Numbered from the stretch's first letter, positions 49,790 through 63,769 are shown. The stretch is DNA of 64,000 bases from Octopus vulgaris (GCA_951406725.2 OX597832.1:35650001-35714000), one strand, 5' to 3'. The notes: generated by a model from the sequence alone, not told the origin. A program made the numbers and translations.

Positions 49790-51880
49790 TTGTTGACTTT
49801 TCTTACCGAACCGCTTTTAGTTTTCTTTTGTTGACCACAGCATTTTTTTGTTTCATTAATGTACTTGTCTTTTGATGCATATTGCTTTATCTCCTCCAGC
49901 GTTATTGGTAACTCATACAATGTTCCACATTATGTGTTTCATTTCCCCTTATTGCTGTCACCCATGATGGGTCTGGCCTTCATCCTCTTTCATCAATTAC
50001 TTGACCCAAATATTTGAATTTTTCATTAAAAATTCACTCTTGCCCTCTGTTAGTCTAAACCTGTATTCATTTCATTTTTTGATACTGTTTTACTATGTTC
50101 AAAATGTTGCTCCTCTTTCGTAATTACCAAAATATCATTGAGATAAGTGAAAGCAAAGTTGCAATCATTTAGCATTGCCTCCATCACTCGTTGGAATATG
50201 GCAGGTGTCACTTTTACTCCAAAAAGGAAGCTGCTTGAAGTTTTACAATCCATGGTGTGTGTTGATTGTTAAAAGGTGTACACAATCTTCCTCTACCTGT
50301 ATCTGTAGATAGGTTTCCGAAAGGTCTAACTTTGAGAAAACTTTTCCTCCATTTAGTTTTGAGAACAGTTCTTCTGGGTTTGATAATGGACAGTTGTGTT
50401 TGAGTAAACAGTCATTTAATCCAGTTGAAAAGTCTGCACACACTCTTAGTTTATTATTTTTTTCTTTACATAAACCATTGCAGTTGCCCAGTCTGAATGG
50501 TGGACACTTTTTCAATTATAGACTTTCTAGTCTTTGTAGCTTTTTATTGACCTGGTCCTTGCTGATGAAATATAACTTTTTTCCTGTAGCACCATATGCT
50601 ACTTTATTTGGTTTAAATAATTTTGGTTTACCAATTTGTCGCCATGTTTCTTCATTTATGATTAGCGATGCCACTGCCCATGTCTAATTGCATTTTGACA
50701 CAAGTGGTTTCGATTCTCACCTTGATGAGTTTTCTCTTTGTTGTACAAACTTTTTCTCTAATAACAAACTATTTATTTTTTCTCGTTTGGTTCAATTTTC
50801 CATCAACTTAGTTCTGCTGTGTGATTTAATGTATCCTGTGTTCCCAAAATGAAAACACTTTGCTTTTTCAATGGACACTCTTTCCTCAGGTGCCCACCAC
50901 CACAGGCCATACATGGGTTTATCTCCTGATGTATATCGTGTTTTTAGTTGAAACATTTTATCCATCTTCTGACTCTTCTACACTGGTTTTATCTGTAAAC
51001 AACCTCTGCGTTGGATTTCTTCTGTGTTGTGCCTCACCTTTAATATCAGATTGCACTCTTCAAACAGTTTCTGGAGAGTTATATCCTGGTTTATTTCCAG
51101 CTTTGCTCGAATTTTCTTTCTGACTTTTGTGTCCTTTTTAGCAGTGAGTCCCTGAGCAAAAATCAGGCCCTTGAACGAGCCTGGAATTAGTTTATCCTTT
51201 TAAATCTTTCGCACTCTCTCTTCACTCTACCAGCATATGTGGTTACGTCTTCATCATCGCTTTTCTCACTGTTCAAACACTTCCAACGTGTGGTGAACAA
51301 CGATGTTTTTTCACTAAATATCCCACATAAAATGTTAATTATATCCATGAAATTTATGTCAGAAGCTTTTTTACGCAATATAAAGTTACAGTATTTCTCA
51401 TGCCCTATAGTTACCAGTTTCCTCAGAATTAGACATGTCTTCATTTCGTCTGTCCAGTCTTAGCATTCTTTTTCAAAAGTTTGTTCAAATCTTCGGTAAA
51501 ATGCCTCGAAAGTGATTCCTTCTTCAGGGTCATATTTCAATTCATTTATTGAATTTGTTACATGGTCTGGCAAAAATGTATTTTCCAGTTTTGTTACCAA
51601 CTTCATCAGTTGTAACATTTGTTGTTGTTCTTGTCATTCTTTGAGTTGTTGTTGCTGTTTTCGTAACTCAGCTAAACTCTCTAACAAGTTTTCTATAATT
51701 TTATAGATATTTCAGAAAATATATACAATAAAAATATTTGTTACTCCTCTGTTCAGTTTTTAATTTCTCCATATGAAAGATTTTTCAATGATGTCTGCGT
51801 GAATTGTTTATTTTCTCATGAAAGAAGATTTTTTTTTTATCAATGTGGTCTGCATGAATCGTTTATATTCTTATTGCCAC
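49790..51880 (-). mobile_element. Ty3/gypsy (Mag-like) LTR retrotransposon internal region, decayed and internally deleted
   Basis: Gag ELKYDPEEGITFEAFYRRFEQTF...SLFTTRWKCLN; decayed double Zn knuckle (~50815-50925); RT RVCADFSTGLNDCL, FSKLDLSETYLQI, LTINTHHGL, FGVKVTPAIFQRVM, YLNDILV; post-RNaseH LPITLEEIK. Protease, RNase H and integrase were not found. Confidence 0.9.
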
Positions 51881-52209
51881 TGTTATAGTGTAGATCCTTG
51901 TCCACTTGTATGTTGTCGTCAGCCCTGTAATATTCTTATCACCATTATTATGTTGTGGCACTATTCCACGTCTTATTATCTTTGACCTGTCTATTGTGCT
52001 TTTGCTGATAGTTCCGCAAGAGAATGACTTGTAATGTCTGCCCTGACGATAACTTGAACTCGTACACATCATGTAACTGACACTGACTCTGAGAACTCGT
52101 ACAATAGCTTTACTACTACTAGCCTCCTACAACAACTGACTGTTTGACTTTATAGTAGCTGTTTCATACCACTTTGTCACATGGGGAAGGGTGTACCATT
52201 TCCACTACA
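51869..52209 (-). mobile_element. PBS and 5' LTR of the gypsy element
   Basis: Minus strand ...CTATAACA|GTGGCAATAAG: LTR end at 51881 followed by a CpG-decayed TGGCGACGAG-type PBS. The outer LTR boundary is uncertain (~52134 or ~52209). Confidence 0.6.
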
Positions 52210-53109
52210 GCAGAAATGATAATACCAAAATTGCTGTTTGTTAGGTTTGAAGTGAAATCCACCAAAATGGATAGATTCGAAAATAAGTAAATAGAATTGT
52301 TGTGAATGGATTGATTTTGGAAACTAAATTGTGAATGTCAGGAAGTGAGAACAGTGCAGGAGTCTTCCATCAACCGTTTAGGAATTAACAGGCAACAGCT
52401 TTTGCAAATGGGACATGTGCCAGATGATGTTTAGATAGTAAGTAATGGTATTTAGAGAGAGTAGGGAGAAGGTAGAGAGCCAGGGGGAAGCGTAATAGCT
52501 TAGAAGATAGTAAAGTAGAAGTATATAGGCCAAGAGAGCAAGTGGAAGTAGGAAGCTTTCAAGAGCAAGGAGAAAGATGATATCTGAAAAAGAAATTTGA
52601 AGAAAATTTGACCCATTTATGTTCAATAATAGTTGAAACGGTAAGCAGAGACAAATAATGATTTTTATTTAAAAACATTATCCTCTTTAAAGTTGATTCC
52701 ATCTTTTGTTGTTTTCCAAAAATTATATAAATCTAAATATTTAGATGATATGAGAAAGACAAAAGATCAGCATATCAGTAGATTCAGATTGTTGTTTACC
52801 ACAACAAATCAAAGATCTTTCATATTTTCATGCTACATAAAAATATTGTTAAATAAGTTGCTTCGTGTGAGATATTTATCATTCAATACACACCCTTTGT
52901 GCAAATGACATAGAAATAGAATACATAGAAAAGCAACCAACTGGGAATGTGTATTTGTGTGTCAATAGCACCATTTGATGAGTTTAGGAAACAATGTTGG
53001 TTTATTTCAGTCTGAAGCTGGATGTAAAGAGAACCGAGACTCTTTGCTGAAGCTGGTCATTTCAATAGGAAGCAATTCATAAACACATGCCTGAAACATA
53101 TCTTTTATT

Positions 53110-53495
53110 TATTTTCTTTTACTTGTTTCAGTCATTAGACTGTGGCCATGCTGGGGCACAACCTTGAAGATTTCTAGTCAAATGAATCAACCCCAGTACT
53201 TACATTTTTTTTATGCCAGGTACTTATTTCATTGATCACGTTTGTTGAACTACTAAGTTACAGGGGTGTAAACACACTAACATTGGTTGTCAAGTGGTGC
53301 TGGCGGGGACAAACACTGATATGAAAAAACACACAAGCACACACATAACTGCTATGGTCTTCTTTCAGTTTCTATCTACCATGTCCACTCATAAGGCTTT
53401 GTTGGCCTGAGGCCATAATAGAAGACACTTGCTCAAGATGCCATGCAGTGGGATTGAACCTGGAACCATGTGGTTGGGAAGCCAGCTTCTTACCA
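53110..53495 (-). mobile_element. CORE-type SINE family A, near full length
   Basis: Tail TTTTACTTGTTTCAGTCATTAGACTGTGGCCATGCTGG through head GGGATTGAACCTGGAACCATGTGGTTGGGAAGC. Confidence 0.85.
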
Positions 53496-54487
53496 TATAT
53501 ATATATCTCAGTATGTACACACATACACATGTAGATGATACACATACATACATGCATACGTACATATATACATAATCCAAAGGAAGTGAGATGGGGAATA
53601 TCTATGGACGACTGCTTTGAAATCTGTAACTCCTCAACCCTAATTATATACTTACATCCATACTGAGAATCATTTGTGCACTTGCTTATGTCAGTACATT
53701 ACTGAGCCATGATCCAGAAAAGCTAGGATCTTCAAACAAAGAAAGAGATCAGCTCATATAAACTGAACACATATAATCTGTATGGGGAACAGAAAAATAC
53801 GCAAGACATTCATATGTTTCGTTATATAACAATTACTGCCATTGTTATCCAACTCCATTGATGGAGATTTTGTTTCTCCTAAAAGAAGAAACATTCACTC
53901 ATACATATGTGCACACATACATATATCAAGTCAATGAACAAGCTTCGACCTAGTTACTGGACCTGCTAAATATAGGAGCTAAATATTATTCAGAATACAT
54001 CACAACATCTAAAAAAGGGAAGACACAATGGAGAATGTTGTCTTGATTAATATTAAGTCTGAATAAAAGATGGAATAGTCATGTCTGGAATATTCTTAGA
54101 CATAGGTCTACTGAGTCAGGCTGTCCTATTGCTAAACAAAATCATCATAAATAAGGACACTGTCTGACTCATGTTCTATGCAACTTATTCCCATGTGCAG
54201 TTATGACCAGATAAGTTCCAGCCACATGTCCCGGTTGCAGAATCACATTTACTCTTGGCATTAATTATATTTCAATTATAATATTGTGAGTATCTTGCTT
54301 AGCTTTTACCAAAGGTGTCAAGTATCAAGAAAATTTATCCATTTACTGAACAAGAAAAAGAGGAAGAGACTTTATCTGAAAGTTAAAATGTAAACCAACA
54401 TGAAGGATTGGTAAAAAGTAAATGCTGCTGCATAGGAAGACAGCTGTCCAGTTCTAGAAAGAGTCATAACAGAATGAAAGGAAGAGG

Positions 54488-54830
54488 GTGTTATAGCTGC
54501 AATACCAAAATAAAAAAAAGGTAGTTGTCCCAATGGGTTGGATCATTCGAGTAACCAAAAAAGCATTTCAAAGTCACATAAAAGTGAAAGAATGTCAATT
54601 GTTTTTTTCTGTCATTTGCTGTGAGTTTGTCTATTGTGGTCATACAATCAGTAAAGCATTTTACTTGGATACCCCAGGCTTTTGAGAAAAGCAATTCATA
54701 AAAAGAGGCCTGAGGCATGGACAAATAAAACCTGGATGTTACTCCATAACAACAAACCTACTCACACCTCACTTTCTTTCTGTGAAAATTTGGAAAAGCA
54801 TGAAATGACTCTTATCCCAGAGCCATTTTC

Positions 54831-54920
<90 letters not shown>

Positions 54921-55050
54921 TCCCTGCAGCCCATTCTTTAGTTACTAGAAACAAAATTCACCCTGAAAGGTAACCAATTTCGGATAAAGAATTCATATGG
55001 AAGACTGACATTGGATGGCATGAGTGCCATAATTACAATGAGCTTTGAAA
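54488..55050 (+). mobile_element. mariner transposase 3' fragment with a microsatellite expansion
   Basis: LRKAIHKKRPEAWTNKTWMLLHNNKPTHTSL...LIPEPFSP[(CT)n(AT)n]MVPA...LKGNQF (~HDNAPAH, PYSPDLAP, LKGxRF). Confidence 0.75.
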
Positions 55051-55099
55051 GGGTTTGATATTATTTATATATATATATATATATATATATTTTAGATAT

Positions 55100-56250
55100 T
55101 TGTTTGAAGTTCACATTTATGCATTTTACTTTTCAAGGCACCTTGTCCTAGCGGCCATTTTATTTAGTTGGTACAATTACTATTTCAGTTGATGAGATCA
55201 GTTGTTGGTTTGTTTACTGTGTATATTGGAGGATGTGCGCAGAGTTAAAGGGGATTCAGTAGGAAAGTTAACTTTCTACTATGTTACAAGTGCATTGTTG
55301 AAGTGGGGATTATACCAGTCTGTGCTCTACTTCCTGTTTTTGCCATTTTTTAGTATTTCTCCCGTTCTTTAAAAAATCTAATTTCTTCTTGGCATCCACG
55401 CATTGCCAGCACATTGTTATGGTAAGATGTATAATCTAGGAATATGTGTTTACTGGCTGAATGCATAGAGGCCCTAAGTAGTGTACTTTTAACTATGTTA
55501 TTTGGAATATTCCTAGATTAATTGATTTATGGTGTATGTAGTTTAATTTGATTAAATTTATGTTAACGACAATAAACAGCATGGTTTAAGTTAAAAGTAA
55601 TGTCAAGAAATTTTGCAAATATAATGTGTTTAGTGGGTATTTTAAACCATGTTGGTAAAAGAAATAATGTGACATTTTTCAATTTGTCAATTTGCTGTGA
55701 GATGAAGAGATTTTTGTCGTTAATAAATCATTACCTAGAAAATGCTTCCTTCAGTCTGTAGTATTTCCCACTTTAAATTAGACAAAAGGTAAATGTTAAT
55801 GCTATAACTTAACTTTACAATTTGATGCTGACATCAAATGGGATATAAAAAGATTTGTTAATCCATAAAGCTTCGTTGTAATCTAATATTTTTTTTGGCA
55901 AAAATTATTATGTTTATTTCTTATTTATAAATGTTGTGACAGATCGAACTTGATTTCAGGCTCATTGAACAGGTTTTGAGTGATTAGTGAATAATAGTTT
56001 TGGATGTGAAGCTGTAAAAACTGTTTGTTTGGTCCTGCTCTACACTATTCAGTTACCTTAAATGGATTGTTCCACAGGTGTAGAGGGAATATGGATTTAA
56101 CTTTTAGACTGATTTGATCAAATATGCTTTTACAAATTTTCCTTTTATCAGTTTCTGTGAGATTACTCAATCATATTACTGGTTTCTGCTGGAAGTTATC
56201 AGTTTGATCTTTTAATGTGAAGCACAGAGTTAAAGGTAGGTGTTCAGGTG
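55100..56250 (-). mobile_element. Ancient PLE reverse-transcriptase remnant (different family from 48373-49773)
   Basis: Collinear decayed motifs KDQTDNFQQKPVI*LSNLTETDKRKICKSIFDQI (~KDHKxNF..P..RLINP.K.E.G..SK.ILD.I), ALWINKSFYIPFDVSI (~FDVTMG), KFLDITFNLN, LNYIHHKS. Confidence 0.65.
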
Positions 56251-56403
56251 TTTTGTCATTTGTAAATTTTGTAATTTTCCTTCTTTGCTTTTAAAATTTA
56301 CTAATATAATTCTAATCTATTTTTCTCTATTGATTTGTAATAGAATTTAAAATGGAGAGTCAGAACAGAATTTATAAACATATAAATATTTCATCTGCAC
56401 AGT

Positions 56404-56468
56404 ATACAATAAAATAACACAAATGATATCAACTTTAAGTTGATATCATTTGTATTATTTTATTGTAT
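56404..56468. repeat. AT-rich palindrome, 32-bp arms, 1 mismatch
   Basis: ATACAATAAAATAACACAAATGATATCAACTT-T-AAGTTGATATCATTTGTATTATTTTATTGTAT. Confidence 0.95.
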
Positions 56469-57618
56469 TTAACAAACAATGTTATAATATATTCACAAAA
56501 ACCTTCATATGTACATACTGATATCATTAAAGATTTATGTGCACAAAATTCAAAATTTAGAATTTAATGAACCAACATTACCATATGAAACATCAGAAAA
56601 GATTTTAATATTGAATAAAGGATGAGAATTATCATGTTGTTGTTTCTGATTATGAGTGTGGAATCAGAAATAATAATATATTAAAGAAGGTCATTCATCA
56701 TCATCTTCTTCATCATGATTGTCATCAGTTTGCTGTAATGGATTGGCTGGGTCTTGGAGGCAGTGTTTTACAAGAAGTCCTTCTTGATGCCAACCATTCT
56801 TGTTATATTTTCTGACATATAGAGATATATAATGTCATTGCTTAAATACAATCTGTTAATACATTGCAATCTTCAGGTTTTATTGAGAATTATTACATTG
56901 TGGCTTATAAATTCTATGCATATCATTCACACAGATTTTGGTATTACTTAAATAACAAATTTTTAAAGCAATTATTATTTAAATCACATAGAGAGTAGGT
57001 ATCATTCATAAACTGAAATATGAAGGACTTCCATAAAAACTGACCCCTCAAGAAGATGAACTCATAAAGGATGTATCTAGTATACAAGACAGATCAAGGA
57101 AATGCTAAAATCTAATTTATTGTTTTAATCATATTCTTCATCTCATTTTACCACCTGAATGCTTTCTTTAACCTTCTCCCATTTACATGATCTGATGGTT
57201 CCACTCCAGTTCAATTTAGGAAATGGCAAGTTATATATTTGCAATGTTTAATTGTACTTGTTTAAAGCTTGTGTATCTAGCAATGAGTAAAATGTATGTA
57301 CAGGTGTAGCATTTAGCCCTTAACCAATACCAATACCCTTACCTCACACACACACACACACACACACGTAACTGAATATACTGAATTAATGCTTTAATAC
57401 TATAAAAATGCAAATAGTCTTTAAAATTTTGGTTGAAATTTTACACCTCAGCAAAATACCTCACATCAAACTTAGAATCCATTATAGCAGGTATTGAATC
57501 ACCATAAGCTAAACAAACATGATTTTGACATTAAACATTTTAAACATAGCAATAATATAAATAAAAACAATGATTACAATAAGAACAACAACTACAATGA
57601 TGATGATGATGATGAGAA

Positions 57619-57993
57619 AGGTTTCAAATTCTGGCACAAAGCCAGCAATTTCTGAGGTGTAGGGAAGTCGATTACATCGACCCCCAATACTTGTTTTACT
57701 AACCCTGAAAAAGAGGAAAGGCAAAGTCAACCTTGGTGGAATTTGAACTGAATTCTGTCAGCTCACTGCCTTAATAATAAGGATTTCAAATTTTGGCACA
57801 AGGCCAGCAATTTCAGGGCAAGGTTAAGTTGATTACATCAACCCAAGTGCTCAACTAGTATTTAATTTATCAACCCTGAAAGGATGAAAAGCAAAGTTAG
57901 CTTTGGCAGAATTTGAACTCAGAATGTAAGGATGGATGAAATGCTGCTAAACATTTTGACTAGTGTGCTAATGAGCCTGCCAGCTCACTGCCT
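57619..57993 (-). mobile_element. Two tandem family B (Meta-like) SINEs; the first has an internal deletion
   Basis: 57619-57772 and 57781-57993 both run TTTCAAATT.TGGCACAA.GCCAGCAATTTC...GCAAAGT...GAATTTGAACT...CAGCTCACTGCCT; tRNA-like head AGGCAGTGAGCTGGCAG...GAGTTCAAATTC on minus. Confidence 0.85.
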
Positions 57994-58022
57994 TAATAAT
58001 AATAATAATAATAATGATAAGG

Positions 58023-58080
<58 letters not shown>

Positions 58081-58081
<1 letters not shown>

Positions 58082-58332
58082 TTCAAGAAACATGTCAGAG
58101 AAATCAGAATTGATATGAGAAGAGAACAAGACCCCAAAACTGCTCTGCTGAGGACAGCTAGAATTTTTAGATTGGTACTTGACTGTTGAATGTCTTCCAT
58201 GATAATTAACAGCCAAGTGCCAAAGCTTATAATGTGTGGAAAGAGACACTGTGAAACCTCTGGCAGCAGACTGCTGTCTGTTCTCACCTGAATCAACCAG
58301 AGCAAACAAGACTGAGTGCACAGAGAAGTAAA
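58081..58332 (+). mobile_element. Dong/R4 extreme 3' end within a (TAA)n/(CAA)n tract
   Basis: FKKHVREIRIDMRREQDPKTALLRTARIFRLVLDC* (~QKAALLGTARILRKVL) plus 3' UTR, directly after (TAA)n 57994-58080. Confidence 0.75.
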
Positions 58333-59261
58333 CAACAACAACAATTACTGCTGCTGCTGCTGCTACTACTACTACTACTACAATAACATTATTAATAATG
58401 ACATTAATAACATAACGTTTCTAATAATAAAAATAACCCACTTGTTATGATACAGAGAAAAATGACAAAAGAAGGAGGAGAATGAAAATGGAAATAATAA
58501 ACGAGATTTTTTTTGGGAGTTAATTGAAATCCTAATTCGTAAGCTTTTTAAATTCAGATCTATTGCAATATTTTTTAAATGGTATATAGAATGAAAAAGT
58601 GCAACTTCTGATGAAAACATTTTTGATTTGAAATCGAAGGAGATAGCATTTAGTTTGAAAGGGTTTTAGTTTAAAATATGCTGGGCTGTATTAGGGAAAC
58701 TGAAGTACTGGAGATTATAACAGCTGATCCAGGTTCTCTGATTAATACAAAACATAAGATTATTATTGTCAACATGTAATGTCCTTTTTCTTTTTTTTTT
58801 TTTAATTATCCTAAATGGAAAAATAAAAATATTGCAATTCTTCATAAAATGAGAGATAATAAACTTAAATAAGAATAATATTAACAAGAGCAAAAATAAG
58901 TGTAAGAAATTTGTTGGTTTAGGATAATTTGCTTTCACGATCTTATATGTTATGTTTTCCTAATATAAGTAATACATTTTTCAATTTCTCTTGTATTATT
59001 ATAATCTTTCATTCTAATTTGCTTTTTCATGTATTATTTTAAGGTCTTAAATTGAATTTTATAGTTTATTTGTTTTTCTGAATTCGTGTTTATAAAATGA
59101 TTCTGAATTCTATTGAGTCGATATCTGAATACCTTTCTATGTACATATGTTAGTGTGAATATATGTGCATTTGTGTATATACGTTCTATATATATATATA
59201 TGATTGCATATGTGTATACATGTCTCTTTGTGCACACATTTTTTCTGTCTTTTATTTATTT

Positions 59262-59531
59262 TACTCATTGGACTGTGGCCATACTGGGGCACTACCTTGA
59301 AGGATTTTAGTAGAGCAATTTGATCTCATTGCTTACCCTTTAAGTGTGGTACTTATTCTACCTTCTCTTCTATTAAACTACTAAGTCACAGGGATGTAAC
59401 AAACCAACACCAGTTAAGCATTGGCTGGAAAGAACAAACACAGACACCATGATGCACGTGCACACACACACACAACACAGTGGCTCTGAGCCCAAAACCA
59501 CATGGTTGTACAGTGAGCTTCTTAACCATAC

Positions 59532-59532
<1 letters not shown>
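59262..59532 (-). mobile_element. CORE-type SINE family A, internally deleted
   Basis: CATTGGACTGTGGCCATACTGGGGCAC...CTAAGTCACAGGGATGTAAC...AACCACATGGTTG. Confidence 0.7.
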
Positions 59533-59577
<45 letters not shown>

Positions 59578-60384
59578 ATATAAAAGTGTAAATGAGAATC
59601 AGATCTTTATAAGCTGTATCATATTGGAAACATAAAATTAATGTAGTTTTCAAAACAGAACTTTTATATTTCAAAAGGAATATCAAAATACAAAAACTGT
59701 TGTATTATATTGTCAAAGTTTGCAAGTACATATTGAAATCTACGATTTGTTTTTTTTGATAGAATCGCAGATACAAAAACTAGAATTAGAAACATATCTG
59801 TTACATACATGATTCCTTAAAACATTCTTAATAAAAATAATATTTCAAAATTTAGAATATATCAAAGGATCTAAATAAGAATTTCAAGACCTGGAAGTGT
59901 TTATAATTGTGTTACATAAATAAAATTTTCCATTTATGAAAGATTTGTGGATTCTTCTATAAGCTCTCCTCAAGAAAGACAGAATTGTAAGTAAGACTAT
60001 TCATATTCAACAATCATAATTACGTCGCATGACAAAATTCTTTTATATTAAGAGAGAGTTAACAATTGATCCTAATTCCAAATATAAACTTTTTTTAGAT
60101 ATTAATACAAAAGAGAGTTAAGGTACAGACACACAGAAAGTGAAAGTAGACCATCAGAGGTAAAAAACATTGTAATCGAACATACATAATGGGATCCCCT
60201 CAGATCAATCAGCTTAAAAGATAATAGAGACACAAACAACATAGCCAAACAAATTCCATGCTGAAACTATAATTATACAACACCTTCAGATAAATTCAGT
60301 ATATAAATTGGTATTCTTAGAAGCATTGTTACGTTGTTAACTAGTAAACAATTAATCCTCATTGCAACACTTTAATATTTGCCA

Positions 60385-60652
60385 GCTTCGCCTGGCCTCC
60401 GTGCCGGTGGCACGTAAAAAGCACCATCCGAGCATGGCTGTTCGCCAGCCTAGTCTGGCACCTGTGTCGGTGGCACATAAAAAGCACCCACTATACTCAT
60501 GGAGTGGTTGGCATTAGGAAGGGCATCCAGCTGTAGAAACACTGCCAGATCTGACTGGTCTGGTGCAGCCTTTGGGCTTCCCAGACCCCAGTTGAACCAG
60601 CCAACCCATGCTAGCATGGAAAGCGGACGTTAAACGATGATGATGATGATGT
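60385..60652 (+). mobile_element. RTE 3'-tail copy with two subrepeats
   Basis: GTGCCGGTGGCACGTAAAAAGCACC twice, then GGTTGGCATTAGGAAGGGCATCCAGCTG... and (GAT)n. Confidence 0.9.
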
Positions 60653-61292
60653 GTATGGTGTAAGGAATATGCTCTCCACTTGGACCCATGATGTACATTG
60701 CAAGACTACCAAAAACGCTCTCTTCCCTACTACTGACTACTACTCTTTATAAGAGTTTGGTTAGTCCATTCGCCAATCTGCCAGGGGTGTCAATGACTCT
60801 CACCACAACAAAAACCAAACTTGCATCCAACACTCAAAAGGAAGGAAGTGACATTGTTTCCATTGGCATTCTCAAAAGTCCTATTCAAAAATTCTTTTAA
60901 CGATTATGATGATGATGAAATCATTTATATAAACAACGTACGGAAGGCTTCAAAATGATTTTATAAGTAGATGACACGTCACTGACATCCTTTTCTATTC
61001 ATTCATATATAAACAATGAACTTTTAATAAGTTGCCTAAGGAAAAATAAATACTTGTTCAGTGTTTCAAATCCTAAATACATAATCTTTCCTCATTGTCA
61101 GAAACATATATTTCCTCAGATGCAGTCTTTTGACAATAACTGACAAGAATATGCTGACATCATAAATTTACCAACAAGAATCTCAAATGGAAAACACACA
61201 CACACACTGGTTTAACCATCCGCCGAATACACAGTGTTGGTATCTCATTGCATGTGAGAAATTATTTTACAAGACATGTGTTATAATATATT

Positions 61293-61482
61293 GGGTTCAA
61301 ATTCTGACACAAGGCCAGCAACTACATTGACCCTAGTACTCTACTGGTACTTATTTTATTGACCCCAAAAGGGATGAAAGGCAAAGTTGACTTCATTGGA
61401 GTTTGAATTCAGAACATAAGGACAGACAAAATGTTGCTAAGCATTTTGGCTGGCGCTAACAGTTCTGCTAAGCTCACCATCT
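61293..61482 (-). mobile_element. Family B (Meta-like) SINE
   Basis: ACTGGTACTTATTTTATTGACCCCAAAAGGGATGAAAGGCAAAGTTGAC...TTTGAATTCAGAAC...GCTAAGCATTTTG. Confidence 0.8.
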
Positions 61483-63366
61483 TCATAGGTTATAATATTT
61501 TAATTGTCATCTAAATTATGATATTATTTTGTGGATCCTGGAAAGCTGAACATTTATAAAGACAAATCCTGAGCCTGGTGTTAGAGGAAAAAAAAGAAAC
61601 TTCAATTCTGGAAATACAAATTATCCCTCCTCTAACAATTGAAAGTTTTCAGATGAATTAACAGGTGAACAAATAAATTCAGCAAATTTCGTCTTGGCAT
61701 TCTGCCTGAACATTCGTAGGCTTTAGGATGATTGACCTAATCTGAAAGAGTCAAATATCAATGTACAGCTTATTGTTGTTGATCATGAGTGTTTGGTTAA
61801 AAAAAAGAACACCATGTTAAATGAATCAATGATAAATGAATAATCAAATATACAGGAAAATGATTCTCTTATTGTCAACTACAAAATGGGAAAGTTTTGA
61901 GTCGTAAAGTTCTTCTTGGTATTGATGATTAAAAATTCCATGACTTGCATAAAATCCTTCCAATTACCAAAATTCAATGTGACTTTAACAAAAACTCTCT
62001 AATTACCAAAACCATAAAGCTGAATTATATCGGTTTCTGATTCCGATGTTTCATACTCTTCATCTAAGTGTAACTTAAATCTACATTTGATCAGTGATAT
62101 TTGAAATGATTACGGCATCCCCATTACTGGCCAAAGATCAATGTCTACATCAGGAATTAAAACTGAAATATTTTTCTGAGGTAAAATTCTCATTTCTTCA
62201 TCCACCCTCATCACCAACAGATGCTGTACATTGATAACAGATCTTTTTTTGGATAGTGAAAACTCAATTTTAAACATTGACAATCCTTTCTTCAAAATGT
62301 TGGGTTTTACTTTTCATTCCAGCAAGAATTCCAAGAGAAAGGATGGGAGTTACGAAGAGTAGGATGGTACAAGGAATGAGAGAAACAGAGAGAGAAGGAA
62401 GGGAGAGATAGAGAGAGATGAAGAAAGAAAGAAGAGAAAGATATCAAATCATTTGCTACAAACTGAATCATTTGTTGAATGCTTGATAGTTTTGAAAGCT
62501 AAGCATCAAGGACGAAAAGCAGTTGGAGGCTGAGTTTGTCAATGGAGTTAAAACCAACAGCAGCAGTAACATCATCATAATTCCCCATCACCATAATCAT
62601 CAGTAGCAGTAGCAACAGCAGCAGTAGTAGTAGTAGAGTCATCTTTGCAGCTCCTCCTTCAGCTGAACTACTTCATGGAGTCTATTGTCAATAGACATCA
62701 TGCAATAATAGATTCATGCACAGAAACTGCAAAGGAAATCTGCATAGCTCGTCGTATGCTGTCTGATTTTTTCCTTCTATTTCTATATATCTGGTTTCCT
62801 GCTTCTAACGAACAGCTCAGCATGAACATTATTACACGATGTTCGCTGAAGTGTAATAATGAATCCCTGCCTTACATAATATTCCAGCTGATGAATGGCC
62901 AGAAACAAAAGCCAGCATTTTGACACCAATACTTGCAATCTATATTCACAGCTAAATAAGCCAAGAGCCATAAATATAAATAAAGACCAGAAATGTGGCT
63001 GTGGTAATTGTATTGTTTACAGTGTGAACATAAAAATCTATTGTAAACTGGATAAAAGTTATCAGTTATAAAGATAATGATGCAGACTTAACTGAACGAA
63101 GGGAAACACTTAGAGGACAACATGAAGCGCAGAAAAGAGACAATTTCTACATATATTTGGAAATGATTATAACATTGTACTATCAGAATCACTGTTTCAT
63201 CCCAAAATAAAATCCTGGTGTAGATTATGAAATTTAATTAAATAAGCCATTCCGTAATGGTGTTAAAAATACAGAATTACAAAAACAGACTATTTCATAA
63301 AGTTCTTGTTAGCTATATTCAAAAGCAATATCTGAGATTATCTTCATTAAAATTTTGTACAGTACA

Positions 63367-63415
<49 letters not shown>

Positions 63416-63769
63416 CATATATGCATAATGTGTATAACATGATTAACCAACAGTTTTTGTGTAACAAGCAGACCTAATTCTGTGTCTGTGCATTATCTGA
63501 GACTCTATGGAACCAGACTCTTTTCATTATAGAGGAGAGAAAATGTATAGACCAGGAACTATATGAGGGTCAGCTGAAAAGTTCATAGGTTGACCAAGAT
63601 ACTATCAGGGAATGCGACCAAATGAAGTTTATTTTTTAAGTTTATGTTTTTGTGATCGGAAGAAAAAAACAAAACAAAAAAAACCCATCCGAACAGAGTG
63701 GAGACAAAATAAGGTTGGTTCAGTTCTGCCGTGGAATATGACAATCTTTCTATGAGTGCATGGAGAAAT

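Noticed and set aside
62884-62912. CTGATGAATGGCCAGAAAC hammerhead-like core
   Set aside because: No convincing stem I or II and no NUH site; chance match. The same applies to ~23390-23410 on the minus strand.
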